DNA of 24,139 bases from a virus. Below, in pieces: positions 8,266-17,014 of the stretch. Position 1 is the first letter of the stretch. Each line of letters begins with the position of its first letter. The notes under the pieces were generated by a model. It made no database searches. It saw nothing but the letters and a program-made list of their open reading frames with translations, and had not been told where the DNA came from. A program made the translations under genes and the position numbers. The stretch lies in IMG/VR virus record IMGVR_UViG_3300005265_000764, one strand, 5' to 3'.

Positions 8266-8608
8266 ATTTCACCCGTAGATATTTATTATACAATGCCTGG
8301 ATTTTTTCATCAACATATCCTTCTCTAAGGAAACGTTTCGGGTCGAATTTGTTCCTTGAAATACCAAGAATAACGGCGTTAGCGTTATCAACCAGGTGTA
8401 CTGGTAGCCATCTTCTATCTTCACTACAATGAGGGTTAGACTCTCTGAAATCACGCATAATATCAAGATTTACTCTATCCTGTAACTCTGTCACTCTGTA
8501 TAATACTTCTGATTTACAACTAAGTCTTTTATCAAAGTCTTTAAAAGTATTACAACTCTTCAGTTCTTCCTCCACATCAAATTTCGCAGAGTTTACGCCA
8601 TGTTTCAT
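8249..8608 (-). CDS. hypothetical protein
   Basis: ATG 8608 (MKHGVNS...) preferred; operon coupling. Confidence 0.7.
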   Translation of the reverse strand: MKHGVNSAKFDVEEELKSCNTFKDFDKRLSCKSEVLYRVTELQDRVNLDIMRDFRESNPHCSEDRRWLPVHLVDNANAVILGISRNKFDPKRFLREGYVDEKIQALYNKYLRVKYENEG

Positions 8609-8801
8609 AACCAACGTCTCCACCTTCTACCTGTACCAGCCATTGAGCAATACATGCAGCCATCTTTGGTTTACCTTCTTTAGCGAAAAACACTTGAGCC
8701 TTACTAAGCAACAGAGGGTTAGTAGGTGGACTTATACTCTCTCTAACAGCGTTATATATCTCATATGCCTCTTTCTTACTAATATCAATATCCATTTTCA
8801 T
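8577..8801 (-). CDS. hypothetical protein
   Basis: GAGGG SD; ATG 4 nt from the upstream stop. Confidence 0.6.
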   Translation of the reverse strand: MKMDIDISKKEAYEIYNAVRESISPPTNPLLLSKAQVFFAKEGKPKMAACIAQWLVQVEGGDVGYETWRKLCEI

Positions 8802-8804
8802 CCC

Positions 8805-9146
8805 TCATCTTTCTATCTTACAACTCCATATTGAACCTTTTACATCACCATTAAAAGTTATAACTCCTGTATCTGGGCGGATATTAATTATATCCCCGTT
8901 TTTACTTATTAACATAAAACTATGTTTATTTCTTTCAATGTTTTTAATGCTAAACAGGTCTACATGTGACATACCAGTAGAAACACTAACGGAAGGGGAT
9001 GTTGTATCAAGTGCTAAAAGGATGGGGTTAAACTCTTTTCTAGGGATTAAACAATATCTTTTACCAAGGGATGTCGTTACTTCGCCATCCCATGCTTCAC
9101 ATACTTCACCAAATTCTTTTATCAACCTATCGAGATTTTCTACCAT
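8805..9146 (-). CDS. hypothetical protein
   Basis: GGTGA SD upstream of ATG. Confidence 0.7.
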   Translation of the reverse strand: MVENLDRLIKEFGEVCEAWDGEVTTSLGKRYCLIPRKEFNPILLALDTTSPSVSVSTGMSHVDLFSIKNIERNKHSFMLISKNGDIINIRPDTGVITFNGDVKGSIWSCKIER

Positions 9147-9197
9147 TTCTCTTTCACCTTACAATGATAAACCTGTGTCCAATAATCCCCACTTATT

Positions 9198-9458
9198 TTA
9201 CAGTTTTCCCATTTCATCAGGATGTAAACCACAGAAGACTTCTACCTCTCCACCACTTCTCTCATAGAAATCACAGGTTACTGGTTTTTTGAACAAAACA
9301 AGTGTTCTACGTTCACCTGCAACTGTTTCATCCTGCAACTGTGCTATATCATTTAGCCAAAGACTATGTGTTGCACGTGGTTTTATAACATGTTCTTTGT
9401 TGATGAAATAGATTTTTTCAAGTGAGATGCCTATCCTATCAACATTTTCCAGTCTCAT
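9198..9458 (-). CDS. hypothetical beta-rich protein
   Basis: ATG about 30 nt downstream of an AAAAAAGTTTTTAT BRE/TATA-like box. Confidence 0.65.
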   Translation of the reverse strand: MRLENVDRIGISLEKIYFINKEHVIKPRATHSLWLNDIAQLQDETVAGERRTLVLFKKPVTCDFYERSGGEVEVFCGLHPDEMGKL

Positions 9459-9495
9459 AGTTTTTAGAAATAGTTTGAATAGATAAAAACTTTTT

Positions 9496-9518
9496 TGGAA
9501 AAAAAGGGAAAAAAGGGA
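9496..9518 (+). promoter_or_regulatory. 9-bp-phased GGG motif, site 1
   Basis: TGGAAAAAAAGGGAAAAAAGGGA with G-runs at 9497/9506/9515, upstream of the TATA-like box of gene 9198..9458. Confidence 0.6.
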
Positions 9519-9521
9519 TTT

Positions 9522-9680
9522 TTATGTGAATTTCTTTTTAGAAACGAGAAGGATTACAGTTATCACCGCAACTAACATCACTGGAAGGATTATAAAAAAA
9601 GGAGGAATTATACTTACTACTCCGATACATCCAAAGACTGCGAGTAGAAAACCAAATTTTTCATACTCTGATTTAGGCAT
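9522..9680 (-). CDS. 52-aa membrane microprotein (below ORF-track cutoff)
   Basis: MPKSEYEKFGFLLAVFGCIGVVSIIPPFFIILPVMLVAVITVILLVSKKKFT*; start overlaps the upstream stop (ATGCCTAA). Confidence 0.75.
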   Translation of the reverse strand: MPKSEYEKFGFLLAVFGCIGVVSIIPPFFIILPVMLVAVITVILLVSKKKFT

Positions 9681-10905
9681 TTAGTAGCCACCATATAAAA
9701 CCTGGTAGGAAGAATTTTCTATCTTTTTCTTTAGTGGTGAAATACCAGATGTCTCCTTGTGTTTTTTCTCCATGTGGGTCTTTTACGTCTATTCTCCAGT
9801 AATACGTAGTCTCGTGGTCTACATCTCCAACATCGTACTCCCATAGTATATCTTTAGTTACATCTTTTTTTACTAATGGTGGTGGGTTTGTTGTTCCGAA
9901 ATAAACATCACATTTAAGAGATTCCTCAGGGTCATTAGGGTCGCTACACTCCCACCTTAAATATCCATCTGCATCTGCATCTGTTGCCCCGTTCTCTGGG
10001 TAGGGGTTTGATGCTTTATTTGGTGGTTTATTACGTTCAGGGTATTTGATTACTATTTTACTTAAAACACTTCCATCTTTCAATTCATCTGCTTCAAAGT
10101 CGGCTAAATAGCCATACATGTAACCCCAATCAATTAATGCACCTAGGGCTCTTACTTTTATAGCTGCTTGTACTTCAATATAGTAATAATTTCCCTCTAT
10201 AAGTTTCTTTTCCGCATACATTTGGTAAAAATGTTTACCAAAACGGTTTTTAAGTACCATATGAATTATAGGAATTGATTGGTCGTAACAAATCTCTTCC
10301 CGTTCAGTCATAACGCCAGAGATTATAAAAAACACTACGGATTCTACAGAAATACATGCGTCTATACCTGTAACCGACCCGTCATACCAGCCTTCGATAT
10401 CATATTCAAAATGAATATTGTATTCATCTGTATACGGGGCACAATAATATATCCCATGTGTAATCCATACAGTCATAGAGGCTTCTCCAGCCCCTGGACC
10501 TGCTACGGCAGCAACATGAGTCCATCCTTGGTATGCATCGGCTGTTCCTTCACAACCTGCTTCTGATATGCCCCATTTTTCCTCTTTATATGTAATATCA
10601 TGTACTCCCCATGGGGGTTCAAATATCTCTGTTGTATAATCACCTGTAGACACGGTATAAGCTGGTTTTTGAATTTCAACATGCTCTGGAGTTGCTAGGT
10701 TTGGTTTAATCTTTACTTTTTCTATATATTCTGCAACTTCTTCATCAGTCATGTCTTTACAGTTTGGGTCAAAGTTTTTAATTAATTCTTCCATTGTATA
10801 GTTTTTATAGTTTTTAGTTGGTTTAGAAAGTTTTATAGCACTTGTATTACCTGCTAATATCAAAAAACATACTGCGATAAAAATCGCAAAAATTTTTTTG
10901 TTCAT
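9673..10905 (-). CDS. secreted/surface protein with C-terminal FN3-like module
   Basis: Signal peptide MNKKIFAIFIAVCFLILAGNTSA (ATG 10905, GGGTGA upstream, TTTATATA box); PPNKASNPYPENGATD...DVYFGTTNPPPLV...YYWRIDVKD...GDIWYFTT FN3-like module; hydrophobic tail FFLPGFIWWLL. Confidence 0.85.
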   Translation of the reverse strand: MNKKIFAIFIAVCFLILAGNTSAIKLSKPTKNYKNYTMEELIKNFDPNCKDMTDEEVAEYIEKVKIKPNLATPEHVEIQKPAYTVSTGDYTTEIFEPPWGVHDITYKEEKWGISEAGCEGTADAYQGWTHVAAVAGPGAGEASMTVWITHGIYYCAPYTDEYNIHFEYDIEGWYDGSVTGIDACISVESVVFFIISGVMTEREEICYDQSIPIIHMVLKNRFGKHFYQMYAEKKLIEGNYYYIEVQAAIKVRALGALIDWGYMYGYLADFEADELKDGSVLSKIVIKYPERNKPPNKASNPYPENGATDADADGYLRWECSDPNDPEESLKCDVYFGTTNPPPLVKKDVTKDILWEYDVGDVDHETTYYWRIDVKDPHGEKTQGDIWYFTTKEKDRKFFLPGFIWWLLNA

Positions 10906-11022
10906 TTCCTCTTTCACCCACATTGTAATATCTTTACCAATATATAAAATTTGTGGCATAAATAAATGATATTAAAACCATAAATGTTTTAAGCATGCTC
11001 AGCATATTTTTTTGTGATTACT

Positions 11023-11346
11023 ATGGATGAGGTAGAGAAAAAGATACTTGAAAAAATCAAAGAAAAAAAGAAAGAAATAGAAGAAAGGAAGAAAATAGAG
11101 CGGAAAATGGAAAAGATGGAAAAAAGAAAGGTCTTTACCTATCCTCAGCTGCAGTTTTACTCGGCAATGTTAACAGAATTATGGAATAGACTAATGAGTC
11201 TACTCGGGACTAAAAACAGGGAAAGAGAAAAGGAACAATTGTATAAACGGGCTGAAGAGTTAAAAGAATTACTGGAATACACTGAACTAAGTGAAAGAGC
11301 ACGCAGGACTTTTGAACTTGCAGAAAAAGTTATTAAAGAAATTTAG
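11023..11346 (+). CDS. hypothetical charged coiled-coil protein, isolated on the + strand
   Basis: K/E-rich helices; divergent AT-rich intergenic region upstream. Confidence 0.7.
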   Translation: MDEVEKKILEKIKEKKKEIEERKKIERKMEKMEKRKVFTYPQLQFYSAMLTELWNRLMSLLGTKNREREKEQLYKRAEELKELLEYTELSERARRTFELAEKVIKEI

Positions 11347-11355
11347 GATAGTTTT

Positions 11356-11490
11356 TCAGCTATACACTTGTTGAACTCGCTGATACCCCAGACAGTGCCA
11401 CCTTTGTATTACTGCACTGGATGGGAAGAATTTTCCGCCTGATTCTTTCAAAACAAATTTTTGCCCTAAAATGTATCCTCTCATTGCCAT
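11356..11490 (-). CDS. 44-aa microprotein
   Basis: MAMRGYILGQKFVLKESGGKFFPSSAVIQRWHCLGYQRVQQVYS*; strong AGGAGGT SD and its own TATA-like box. Confidence 0.6.
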   Translation of the reverse strand: MAMRGYILGQKFVLKESGGKFFPSSAVIQRWHCLGYQRVQQVYS

Positions 11491-11542
11491 ATGTTTTTTT
11501 ACCTCCTTATTGTAACAGAATATGTAACACGTTATAAAAAAG

Positions 11543-11568
11543 TTACTGGTTTTAATGGGAAAAACGGG
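11543..11568 (+). repeat. 26-bp exact repeat B, copy 1 (contains phased GGG site 2)
   Basis: TTACTGGTTTTAATGGGAAAAACGGG, identical to 19301..19326. Confidence 0.9.
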
Positions 11569-11575
11569 TAAAAAC

Positions 11576-13033
11576 TTATAGTAGGTCATCTGGAAGTTTT
11601 TGTTTTTTGAAAGATATTTTTGGTAAAGAGGGGAGTTTTTGTTTTTTTATTAAGATGTAGACTATGATTATAACGGCGATTATGGATAAGATTGCTATGT
11701 ATATCCATGTGTAATCCTCTGCAGGTGGGGTGTATGCTACTGGTATAGATGTTTCTGAGTAGAGTGTGAATGTATCTGATGGATTGTATTTTAGGGTATA
11801 CATGGTTGCTTGTTGTTGTGGTGTCCAGAGTATTGAACCACCTGTCAGGGTAAATGTTTTTATAGGGAAGCCATCTGCTTGTATCTCTATATCCCCTGTG
11901 GCTGTGAGTGGTTTATTGGTATCATCTGTTATCTGTATTAATACTGGTTTATTTATTTGTATTTTTGTTATTATTTCATTGTTTTCATTTTTTAAGAGTA
12001 TATTTGTTTTTGTTTTTACTGAAAAAGTTGCTTTGTTTTGTTGAGTGTCTGTTCTTGCGATTACAGAATATTTCCCAGGAAACGGAGGTATGAAGGATAT
12101 TTTTCCTTCACTATCTGCTGTGTATTGCCATGTCATTTCATCTTTTTGTATGATTACTGTTGCACCCTGTTGTGTTTGTATTGTTATCTGTTGATTTATT
12201 ACTCCTGTTTCTGGTACGGTTAACTGTAGAGGTTTTGGTGTAACGTTGAATGAAGCTGTTATTGAACCATCGTATACGTTAGCTGTTAATATCCATTCTC
12301 CTGTTTCACCTACTTGGAAAGATGTTTTTCCATCCATATCGGTTGATTTACTATATGTTTTACCAGAAGGGGTTTTGATGGTTACTATTGCATGTATCGG
12401 TTCTCCACCATAGAATACTTGAAGGTTTTGTGTTGCTCCGCTTTGTAGGGTTGGTATGTAATCCATATATATGTTGCCTTTGTATTTAGATTGAATGACA
12501 AAATGAGTGGTATGTCCTTTTATGTATACTGTTGCATTCCCATAATCCTCTTCTTGTAATGATATAAGTGCTAATCCTTCATGCAGTTGGAACAGGTATA
12601 CATTGTTTGTCTCTTGGCATAGTATGTATCCTGTTGAATTTGAGTCTTCATATAGAACTATCATGTTTTTTCCTGCTTGAGGAGATGCTGGTGCTATTGT
12701 TATATCTGATTGTATATTTAGTACTATAATGTTTATTGATTGATTGTTTACCCATATCTTGCTTGTGAAAGGAGTATCTTTTATTATTAATACTGAGATT
12801 GTTTTAGATGAATTAGCAGAAATATTAAAATTGTTTTCATGAAATAGTATTTTTGATGAGGGTGTTGATAGTGTAACATTTACGCTATGGTTTAAAGGGT
12901 TGAATATCGTGAATTCTACAGTTTCATATGTTCCATCTGCATAGGTTACATATGAGTCTGGAGTGATTGTTAAAGCTGATGCTGATGTTGATACTATAGT
13001 TAGTGTTAGTAGTAAAATAAGAATTTTTTGCAC
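11576..13033 (-). CDS. membrane-anchored surface protein with tandem Ig-like beta domains
   Basis: GTG start; signal peptide; repeated G..S.TDMDGK.SF...G.W/Y.. strands; C-terminal TM (WIYIAILSIIAVIIIVYILI) plus basic tail; N-x-S/T sequons. Confidence 0.85.
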   Translation of the reverse strand: MQKILILLLTLTIVSTSASALTITPDSYVTYADGTYETVEFTIFNPLNHSVNVTLSTPSSKILFHENNFNISANSSKTISVLIIKDTPFTSKIWVNNQSINIIVLNIQSDITIAPASPQAGKNMIVLYEDSNSTGYILCQETNNVYLFQLHEGLALISLQEEDYGNATVYIKGHTTHFVIQSKYKGNIYMDYIPTLQSGATQNLQVFYGGEPIHAIVTIKTPSGKTYSKSTDMDGKTSFQVGETGEWILTANVYDGSITASFNVTPKPLQLTVPETGVINQQITIQTQQGATVIIQKDEMTWQYTADSEGKISFIPPFPGKYSVIARTDTQQNKATFSVKTKTNILLKNENNEIITKIQINKPVLIQITDDTNKPLTATGDIEIQADGFPIKTFTLTGGSILWTPQQQATMYTLKYNPSDTFTLYSETSIPVAYTPPAEDYTWIYIAILSIIAVIIIVYILIKKQKLPSLPKISFKKQKLPDDLL

Positions 13034-13045
13034 GTGTTTTTTCCC

Positions 13046-13249
13046 TCACTCTAACTCACGTGATGGAACTCCACGGTGGTGATATTTTATTGCTTGTAAA
13101 ACTATTGTGTCGGGGTCGTTTGGATTTGTTTTTTTACGGATGATGCATTTACCATCTTCATCCATGACTCCTTTTAACGCAGCACATGTTTCTGCGTCTA
13201 ACTTATCAGAACGAAGTATTTCTTCATCTATTCTATCTCTTCTAATCAT
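13046..13249 (-). CDS. 67-aa hypothetical protein
   Basis: GGAGG SD; AATATTAA box and phased GGG site upstream. Confidence 0.7.
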   Translation of the reverse strand: MIRRDRIDEEILRSDKLDAETCAALKGVMDEDGKCIIRKKTNPNDPDTIVLQAIKYHHRGVPSRELE

Positions 13250-13267
13250 TCAAAACCTCCACGCCTT

Positions 13268-13307
13268 AATATTATTCCCATTTTTTATACTTTTCCCTTG
13301 AAACCCA
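13268..13307 (-). promoter_or_regulatory. 9-bp-phased GGG motif, site 3, plus AATATTAA box
   Basis: CCC on + at 13277, 13295 and 13304 (spacings 18 and 9), directly upstream of gene 13046..13249. Confidence 0.5.
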
Positions 13308-13310
13308 TTT

Positions 13311-13667
13311 TTAGAGACTTTTGATTTTATATATCATCAATACATCATCTATTCTGTAGTAAAAAAGTTTTAAATGTACATCCAAGGGGGGTGGACACAT
13401 TCCTTCTATAAAACACATCTGATACGTGTTTTTAGCAGTGCCATGATATTCATCAGCAAGGGAGACATTCCAAATAGAAACAGTTTTATTGTTAAGGTTT
13501 AAGGTCTGGTTTGTTTCTGCTGAATATACCACCCATCCTGTAACATATTGTTCTTCTACTTGTTCTTGCTGTAAACCGTTTATGTAAACAAAAACTATAA
13601 CTGCTACCGTTATAACTATTGCTATCAATAAAATTATGCCTACAATGGCTGATACTGCTCTTCGCAT
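13311..13667 (-). CDS. archaeal type IV pilin-like protein (class III signal peptide)
   Basis: MRRA|VSAIVGIILLIAIVITVAVIVFVYI fits the PibD/FlaK-processed K/R-A/G|VSP/AIVG.ILL pattern; sequons NQT, NKT, NVS. Confidence 0.8.
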   Translation of the reverse strand: MRRAVSAIVGIILLIAIVITVAVIVFVYINGLQQEQVEEQYVTGWVVYSAETNQTLNLNNKTVSIWNVSLADEYHGTAKNTYQMCFIEGMCPPPLDVHLKLFYYRIDDVLMIYKIKSL

Positions 13668-13688
13668 GAAATAAAAATATGTTACGTG

Positions 13689-13719
13689 GTTAATATATTT
13701 TTCCCTTTTTTCCCATTTT
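13689..13719 (-). repeat. 31-bp exact repeat A, copy 1 (phased GGG site 4 fused to TATATTAA; pilin promoter)
   Basis: + strand GTTAATATATTTTTCCCTTTTTTCCCATTTT, identical to 21468..21498. Confidence 0.9.
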
Positions 13720-13972
13720 GTGTGAAAAAGTTTTTAGTATCAAAAATAGATTTAAAAACGGTGATAAAATCTCTATAAGTAAAAAACTTGGGTTTTATGT
13801 ATCTCTTAGTTTTCTTGTTTTACTTGCTAGTGGTTTGTGGTCTATAGTATTGTTTAACGATGAATTTGTGTTAGGTAGGTTTTTAGCTAATGGTTTTTTT
13901 ACAATTATTGTGATGTGGTTAGCTGTACTGCTAACCAAATACTCTAAAAGGAGAGGAGAAGAAAATGATTGA
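13718..13972 (+). CDS. 2-TM membrane protein, start uncertain (possibly decayed)
   Basis: Two hydrophobic helices; the TTG start lies inside a promoter-like sequence and there is no in-frame ATG before the TM segments. Confidence 0.45.
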   Translation: MCEKVFSIKNRFKNGDKISISKKLGFYVSLSFLVLLASGLWSIVLFNDEFVLGRFLANGFFTIIVMWLAVLLTKYSKRRGEEND

Positions 13973-14096
13973 AAAAATATTGAAAGGTTTAGAGCATAAC
14001 CCTAACCATTATATTCGTGTACACTTGTTTGGGAGAGAATACCGTTTTTGTAGTCGTTGTCTTGGAATTAACTATTCTATGAATGACCGCAGTTAG
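13965..14096 (+). pseudogene. truncated fragment resembling the N-terminus of an archaeal HxxH...CxRCxG membrane protein (DUF2085-like)
   Basis: MIEKILKGLEHNPNHYIRVHLFGREYRFCSRCLG, then runs into the antisense of the next gene; expected TM region absent. Confidence 0.4.
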
Positions 14097-14190
14097 AACA
14101 TGTGAAAGAGTAGTATGGAGTTCCGTCTGCATCTGTGTACACGTTTCCAATTACTTCTTTTCCACAGTTTTCACAAATTTCAGTATGCAT
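14077..14190 (-). CDS. 37-aa zinc-ribbon microprotein
   Basis: MHTEICENCGKEVIGNVYTDADGTPYYSFTCSNCGHS*. Confidence 0.7.
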   Translation of the reverse strand: MHTEICENCGKEVIGNVYTDADGTPYYSFTCSNCGHS

Positions 14191-14247
14191 GATATCATAT
14201 CCATTCTTTTAAATCAATAATAATTTGATATTCTTTCATTTTATCCC

Positions 14248-14964
14248 TTATATTGTTTCTGGGTGTTTGTTGTATTGAAACCAGTCTTTTTCAATTGGTG
14301 TTAAACATTTCTTTTTAACAAGTTGTTTAATGTATCTTTCTACTGTTTTAGGTGAACGAATCCATTTAAGGTTGGTTAGTAGGTGTTTATGTATTTCTTC
14401 TCTTGTTATTGCTGTTTTTGATTCAGCAAGTTTTAGTATTTGGTCTTCAACTGGGTCGTATCCTCTTCTTATTTTGATTGGTTGTTTTTTTGTTTTTAGT
14501 TTTACTCCGCAGTAGTATTTCCCTGCATGTTGGTATAGTAGCCCACTTAATGACCCATTGTGCATCTCATCTATGTATCTCTCTGCAAGACGTACATTGC
14601 TTATTACTCTTTTTTCCTGTGTTAAAAAGCGAATGATGTCTCCTTTTTTTGCTCCATTTGGTTGTTGTTTAACATAGTAGTATATCAGTTGTATGAACGG
14701 GTTTTCACCTATGTATAGTACGTCTTCTTCATGCATTAATGGTATTTCTTTCTCGCCTGTAGGGGTTATAATGTATTGTGGTTTCCTATATTGCGGGTCT
14801 GGCTGTAAAGGGTACATATGGTTTGTTAATGGTGTCCAGGGTATTGGTTCGTCTTCTGTACCATCTGATTTTATAACCCGTATGATTGAATGCATAGGTG
14901 ATGGGTTTTCAACGGCTATGTGTAAATCTGAGCCTGGTCTATTTGAAAGGATAAACCGTCGCAT
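14248..14964 (-). CDS. protein with probable winged-helix domain(s)
   Basis: C-terminal QILKLAE..TAITREEIHKHL....IRSPKTVERYIKQLVKKKCL wHTH-like pattern; a similar internal segment. Confidence 0.7.
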   Translation of the reverse strand: MRRFILSNRPGSDLHIAVENPSPMHSIIRVIKSDGTEDEPIPWTPLTNHMYPLQPDPQYRKPQYIITPTGEKEIPLMHEEDVLYIGENPFIQLIYYYVKQQPNGAKKGDIIRFLTQEKRVISNVRLAERYIDEMHNGSLSGLLYQHAGKYYCGVKLKTKKQPIKIRRGYDPVEDQILKLAESKTAITREEIHKHLLTNLKWIRSPKTVERYIKQLVKKKCLTPIEKDWFQYNKHPETI

Positions 14965-15406
14965 TTACATATTCTCCAATGTGTTGTTCTATTCTTTGTA
15001 TTTCAAAAAATGGTTTAATCTCATGGGTGGTGTATATGTTTTGTAGTTCTCCTATAAGTTGTGCCCTTAGCATGTCATATTTGGATAAGTGTTTTTTTTC
15101 TATTGTTCGTGGTTTATCCTCGCCCCATAGGTAGAATGCTTTGTTGTTGATTAGGATTACTGGTGTAAATCTTCCACCTACTCTCTGGGAATACCAGTGG
15201 AAGAATTGTTCGTCTTTACCACCAAGTGTACCGTTTATATCTACTATTTTTAAATCAATGAGTGGTAAAGGATGCATTCCTTCTTCTCGTAATTTACGTG
15301 AGAGGATGTCTCTTCTCGCTATCATGTTTTCAAGTATGTGTTTTTGTACATAGTTGCATACTGGGCAGTTGTGTTCAATGTATATAGTGATAGTTGCTGT
15401 TTTCAA
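14939..15406 (-). CDS. thioredoxin/glutaredoxin-fold protein
   Basis: IYIEHNCPVC (beta1-CxxC) and FTPVILIN (cis-Pro strand); TTG start with GGAGG SD. Confidence 0.7.
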   Translation of the reverse strand: MKTATITIYIEHNCPVCNYVQKHILENMIARRDILSRKLREEGMHPLPLIDLKIVDINGTLGGKDEQFFHWYSQRVGGRFTPVILINNKAFYLWGEDKPRTIEKKHLSKYDMLRAQLIGELQNIYTTHEIKPFFEIQRIEQHIGEYVNATVYPFK

Positions 15407-16155
15407 AGCTGTTCCTCCTCTTCTTTTCTAGCGTATTTTGCTTCTATCTGTGCCAGCCTAGTAGCTAACTCGTTTTCATCTTCACCTAGTCCTTCTGCTA
15501 TATCCTGTATAGATATTCCTTTTTTTGCTAAAGTATATAATTCCTCGTCACTAGCTTGTATTATCACTGGTGGTGCTATTATCCTCATGATAGATGTAAA
15601 TAGTTTGCTAAATGATTGAGATAGCTCGTTTAAAACACTTTCTTTGGGAGTGGCTGTTCTGAGTTTGCTAAGTGCTGCCTCGCATGCTGGTATGTTTTGC
15701 AGTATTACTGAGTAATAGTTGTAAATTGTTCCTCCTATTTTTTTCATCTCTGGCTCTAACTCCTGTATTTCATCGAAACACCCCAGGATATACGGCATGT
15801 TTTCTTTTGGGTCTTGCAGGAAGAAAAAACGTAAATCCTCTCGGAGTAGCCGTAAACGTTCTATTGGAGTATGTACAAGGTATGACGTTCTACTGATTTC
15901 ACCCAGCATACTATATAGTTTTCTTGTTTTAGTGCGACCTGGAGAGTATGTACGTAAAACATAGTCAAATTCTTCAAACAAGTTATGGATTTTTTCACAA
16001 TCAACGGTACGTGTCTGGTAATATTTCAGTAATTCTTCTTTAAGCTGATTAGCATTATATGCCGTTTCTTCATAGTCTCCCTCTGAAATGTTTCTAAAAA
16101 GTTTAGCCATATACTTTCTAGCATCTTCCGAGGGGAAAAGCCTAAGGCTCACCAT
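15403..16155 (-). CDS. alpha-helical protein with C-terminal HTH-like motif
   Basis: GISIQDIAEGLGEDENELATRL; GGTGAGG SD before ATG 16155. Confidence 0.75.
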   Translation of the reverse strand: MVSLRLFPSEDARKYMAKLFRNISEGDYEETAYNANQLKEELLKYYQTRTVDCEKIHNLFEEFDYVLRTYSPGRTKTRKLYSMLGEISRTSYLVHTPIERLRLLREDLRFFFLQDPKENMPYILGCFDEIQELEPEMKKIGGTIYNYYSVILQNIPACEAALSKLRTATPKESVLNELSQSFSKLFTSIMRIIAPPVIIQASDEELYTLAKKGISIQDIAEGLGEDENELATRLAQIEAKYARKEEEEQL

Positions 16156-17005
16156 GTTCCTCACCAGGTGATTCTTTTTCAGCAGCAGGTGTTAAGTTTT
16201 TTAACAGGTTTATTATTTCTTCTTTCATCTTCCGTACATCTGTTTTTGTAGCATACTCTGTAAAACTACCTGCTCCTATCTCATCTAGTTTCTTTTTAGC
16301 CTCTGCTTGTTTCGTTGCAGCTTCTACAATTATATCAGCACTGTCTTTACCAAGTAGTTCTCCTCTCTTGCTTGCTCCTTTCATTTTTTCCTCGAGATAT
16401 CCTTCTTCTTCAAGGCGTTCAGTGTATCTCTCTTTCAACATGTTTTTATAGTATTCAGCACGGTTTTCAGCGAGAGAAAGCCGCATTAAAAGGTTTGATA
16501 CTTTTTCACGTAAAGATTTAGCTTCGCTACCATATGCTTCTGCTTCGCTTTGATGATGCTCTCGTTTTTTAATCTCCGCCTGCAACCGGTTGTTTAAATC
16601 TCGTATAATCCTGTTTTTTTCTTTAATTTCATCAAGCCTGTCTTTGATTTCATTAACCGTATGAGGATTAAGGAAATATTGAAAGTTTTCATCATCGTCA
16701 TCATCGAGACTTGAAGAAGAACGAGCTGTTACCACTATGAAATCGTTTTTCATCTGTATAATATCTTCTAACTCTCCTGTTCTCTTGTTTTTTCTATCCA
16801 AGGGTTCTTCAAATTTTTTTCCATCAACGGTTACTCCTCTAGCCCATAACCTCATAACTCCCCACGAGTGGTCGTATTTATGTAAAACCTTAGTAATTAT
16901 GCCTACAAGTTCCATTCCTCTAGCTCGTACTAGGAATAAAAAAGGTGATTCACGAAATGGTTCAAGCTGACTAGCAATAGTTGAAAGAAGTTTTTTTTCA
17001 TTCAT
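16142..17005 (-). CDS. long coiled-coil protein with N-terminal beta domain
   Basis: About 140 aa of heptad-like K/E/R-rich helix after a beta-rich N-terminus. Confidence 0.8.
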   Translation of the reverse strand: MNEKKLLSTIASQLEPFRESPFLFLVRARGMELVGIITKVLHKYDHSWGVMRLWARGVTVDGKKFEEPLDRKNKRTGELEDIIQMKNDFIVVTARSSSSLDDDDDENFQYFLNPHTVNEIKDRLDEIKEKNRIIRDLNNRLQAEIKKREHHQSEAEAYGSEAKSLREKVSNLLMRLSLAENRAEYYKNMLKERYTERLEEEGYLEEKMKGASKRGELLGKDSADIIVEAATKQAEAKKKLDEIGAGSFTEYATKTDVRKMKEEIINLLKNLTPAAEKESPGEEHGEP

Positions 17006-17014
17006 AATTTTTTC

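Noticed and set aside
16142-17005. Architectural resemblance (beta domain plus long coiled coil) to CdvA-type division proteins
   Set aside because: No sequence motif supports it, and no ESCRT-III or Vps4 neighbour was recognised
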